Source: Klebsormidium nitens (taxonomy: Eukaryota > Plantae > Klebsormidiophyceae). Taken from it: a DNA stretch of 64,000 nucleotides. Both the position numbers and the translations under genes were made by a program. Below, one piece after another: positions 61,017 to 64,000 of this stretch (position 1 is the stretch's first letter; each line of letters begins with the position of its first letter). The DNA is taken from NCBI GenBank assembly GCA_000708835.1, contig DF236963.1, forward strand, positions 248,001-312,000, given 5' to 3'. The notes under the pieces were generated by a model that did no database searches, had not been told where the DNA came from, and worked only from the letters and a program-made list of their open reading frames with translations.

Positions 61017-63750
61017 ATGAAGCAAGTTGGGCCCCCTTATCAGCAGCACCCCGACGTGGGCGCAGGGTCCATTGCCCAACCAGCATGTAATGAGGATCAG
61101 AGCAGCTTCAGAGGTGCTCAGTTTGCTTATCTCCCCCACTTCGTTCCGTCAAATCCTTATCCAAATTCGCAAGTGGGCAACGAAGGGACTGCATACCGCC
61201 CAGACGGGCTTCACAGTCAGCCATCGCAATGGGGCAAGCGGGCGCTGCCACCTGGCGCCATAGGAGCTCCAGGATTGGCGCCCCGTTACGGCGCTCCTCA
61301 GCTGGCAGGGAATGGCTGGGCCAATGATGGGCATGGGTGGAACGGGGCATCGATCTCAGGTGCTGATGTCAGCGGGCATCAGCCTTCCTGGGGGTTTCGT
61401 GATCACCAACCTCAGAATGCGGGGCTGTCTGAGCCCAGGTTTGGTTATGGGTTTGTTTCTGGGTCAGTGCGTGACAAGATCAAACTGGAGCCGAAAGCAG
61501 AGCCTGAGTTTGTGTCCAGTCGAAATGGGGGGTCAGCAAACTGCTCTTCTGTGAGGGGGGAAGTACCCTCTGATGTAAAGCAAGTGCAAGGGGACTTCAA
61601 CACTGGGGCCTCGGACCGAAAGACTGGTTCCCAGTTCCAGTCAGATTGGCGGGAGAAGGGGGATTTCCAGAATGAAACGAAATCTCCAAAGTCTGAAACT
61701 CTTGGAGCGCAAGACCTGCCAAATAGCAGCTACAACAGAACTTATGCCCCCCACTTCAGGCAGGGGAACAAGTCAACCGGAGGGCTTGGTGTGAATGGGG
61801 ACACCAAGGGCAATCACGATATGTTCATTACTAGTGCGAACAGGGACAAGAAGCTCGACCCTGCTCGTGTCAGCAATAGGGCGCTCGTTGTTTCTGCCCA
61901 AAATCGGGATATTGCTGAAAGAGCTGCCTCTGACGAGGAGATGGATCTAGACTTTTCTGGGGGGGCTTCAGGCAGTGATGATGAGGGGGGTTCCAAAGAG
62001 AGCTTCAACATAGCAGTGAAATCATGGAAAGACAAAGCGCTAACAGCGGGAGGGGGAAGCAAAAACCTGGTGGAATCGAGGAGGGATCTCCCCTGCCTCG
62101 TTTGCAGAAAGTTTTCCAACACCGTGCAAGTCTACCAGGACTTCCGGGCCTTACTGCAACACGCTGAGACGCACAGAAAGTTGGAGCCATTCCAACACGC
62201 TGCTTACAGTGCGGCGCTGAGGCAGATCGAATCAGAAGCGGAAGGGAATGGGAACGAGTTGGTCCCGGCGAAGAAGAAACTGAAGGTGCTGGAACCCCCT
62301 GAAAAGGTCTGGCCGCCAGTTGTTGTGGTAGAGAATCTGAGGACGGGGACTAAAGGGGGAAAGTGGGACGGGGTATCCGAACGGGAGATTAAGAAGGCGT
62401 TTGGAGACCAGGGGCCAATTCGAAAAGTGACGGAAAAGTGGAGGGGCGATGGGCACACAGGTGCGTTTAAGTTACTTTCTCAGGTTTGATTGTTTGTTTG
62501 TTCTTTGCTGTGCGTTTTTTCTTGCAGTTGATCCGATTATTCGTTTGTTCTTTGCTGTCCGTTCTTTTCTACGATCGATCCATCTCCTTGGCAGTCTGAA
62601 AAGTCCCTTGTAAACTTCCGTGCAGCTGAAAAGACGTGTTTGGTCACGGCCTGATTTGTAGCTAAAGCAGACGTCCGTTCTTGGATTGACAGACGCTATA
62701 CTATACCAAAGTTTCACCAGGACCAGATTCTAAATATCGCTCCTGCAGGAGTGGTTCTTCTCCACTTCGAGTAAACGCGTGATGTTTATGACCAAGCTCA
62801 CGATTGAGAACCATTTTTTCACAAACTGACGAACATTTTCGACTTTCAACTTCACCAAGACCGAGTCCTAACTCTCAATCTCGAGTCCTCCCCAGGCGTA
62901 CTTCTTCCCACTTCGAGGATGATTGTTACAGGCACCACAGAGCTACAACCGTTCGTCCTCAGATTCACAGGCGCTACCAGTTTCTTAAGTCACCAGACTG
63001 ACATGACCCTTAGTTCGTATCTTCTTGCAGGCGTGGGTCTCCTCCACCTCGACAGGATCTATTACGCTTACGACCGAGCTTTGTCAAACTGGATATAGTT
63101 CTTCGAGTTCTATGTCTGCCGAAACCGCATGTTGACTCGCATCTCCTCTTCAGGCGTGATTTTTCTTCGATTCGATCTGACCTGTTACATTTACACCGTT
63201 CATGGCTAAGTAGCCTCTTTCCATTTCCAACTAATGGATGGTCTACCCTTTTAGACCTGGATATCGAGCGCCTAGACACCTATCAATCGATACAGGTTCA
63301 CCAAGATTCGTCTCTCACCCTCGGTCTCAATCCCTTCCCCAGGCATGGTTCTTCTTCACTTCGAGGAGACCTGTTACGGTTACAACCGAGCTCATAACTG
63401 TGTAGCCATGTTTTTGAACTTCGACAAACGCCACACCATTCTGAAAATCCGCCAAGACTAAACCCGGAGTCTGAAGTTATAACGCTACTACAGGCGTGGT
63501 TCTTCTTCACTTCGAGGAGACCTGTTACGGTTACGATCGAGCGCAGGAGATGGGCGAATGCTGGCGCGCGAAAGGGCAGGGGCGCGACGACTGGGAGAAG
63601 CTTCGACCTCCTCGGAAAAGATACGGCGAGTCGGTCGAATCGGAGCATGCCACGTGGCAACGATACATGCGAAGACTGGTGGAGGAGGACGGGAGCCGGC
63701 GGCTGTTCTGTTACCTTGCGACGGTGGCAGATATGGAGCGCTTTGAAGGG
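61017..63750 (+). CDS. SGS3-like zf-XS + XS domain RNA-silencing protein (continues past window)
   Basis: Exon 61017-62460 has LPCLVCRKF..FRALLQHAETH..H (zf-XS) and VWPPVVVVENL..KWDGVS..WRGDGHTG (XS). It joins in phase to exon 63494-63750: VVLLHFEETCYGYDRAQEM..GQGRDDW..RRLFCYLATVADMERF. Confidence 0.85.
62715..63545 (+). repeat. 6-unit tandem array of acceptor + start of XS exon 63494
   Basis: CAG|G(C/A)(G/A)T..TTCTTC..CTTCGAG starts at 62749, 62896, 63031, 63154, 63343 and 63494 (real). Spacings 147/135/123/189/151. Confidence 0.92.
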
Positions 63751-64000
63751 TGAGCAGTTGGACCTTCTTTTCATGTTTGATTTTGGAGCTTTTTCTTTCG
63801 AGAGATAGTGACTTTCCGATGTGCCAAGAACGGAGACTTCAAAAGCTCAGGTTTTGAGGGGTTTGTTATCGAGGGTCGTGTTCTGTGTTTTAATGATGTA
63901 GATAAGGGAAGCCAGAACGTGCCACATGCACTTCCGGCGAAAGAAGGTGATAGTGCCGACTGGATTTCGCTGACCCAAACGTGCTCTACTCGGCATGCCC

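Noticed and set aside
1-64000. Autonomous transposon, rRNA or tRNA genes
   Set aside because: I recognised no RT, integrase or transposase motifs, long terminal repeats or structural RNA signatures by eye. Small or degenerate elements could be missed.

Overview
Eukaryotic, intron-rich nuclear DNA from a streptophyte green alga. The mix of CYP38, a WDR34 IFT-dynein subunit, an XS-domain protein and a MAX2-type F-box, together with GC-rich exons, suggests a Klebsormidium-like genome (inference). I can support 11 protein-coding genes, in order: SEC16 (-), an intronless secreted protein (+), a very large putatively plastid-targeted orphan protein (-), WDR34 (+), a small plastid membrane protein (-), a UBA-domain protein (+), an intronless MAX2-like F-box/LRR (-), CYP38 (+), a plant-type phospholipase A2 (-), a fascin-repeat protein (-) and an SGS3-like zf-XS/XS protein (+, runs off the window). 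I recognised no rRNA, tRNA, transposase, RT or CRISPR-cas. The main unexplained signal is that splice junctions are repeatedly copied into their own introns. Units of [intron 3' end + AG + first 25-75 nt of the exon] form tandem arrays directly upstream of the real exon: 5 extra copies in CYP38, 5 in the XS gene, 3 and 1 in WDR34, and single copies in the orphan gene. Donor junctions are also copied downstream in WDR34. Most copies keep their pyrimidine tract and AG, and those I translated all run into stop codons. All exon boundaries were read by eye from GT/AG signals and reading frame and need transcript confirmation.
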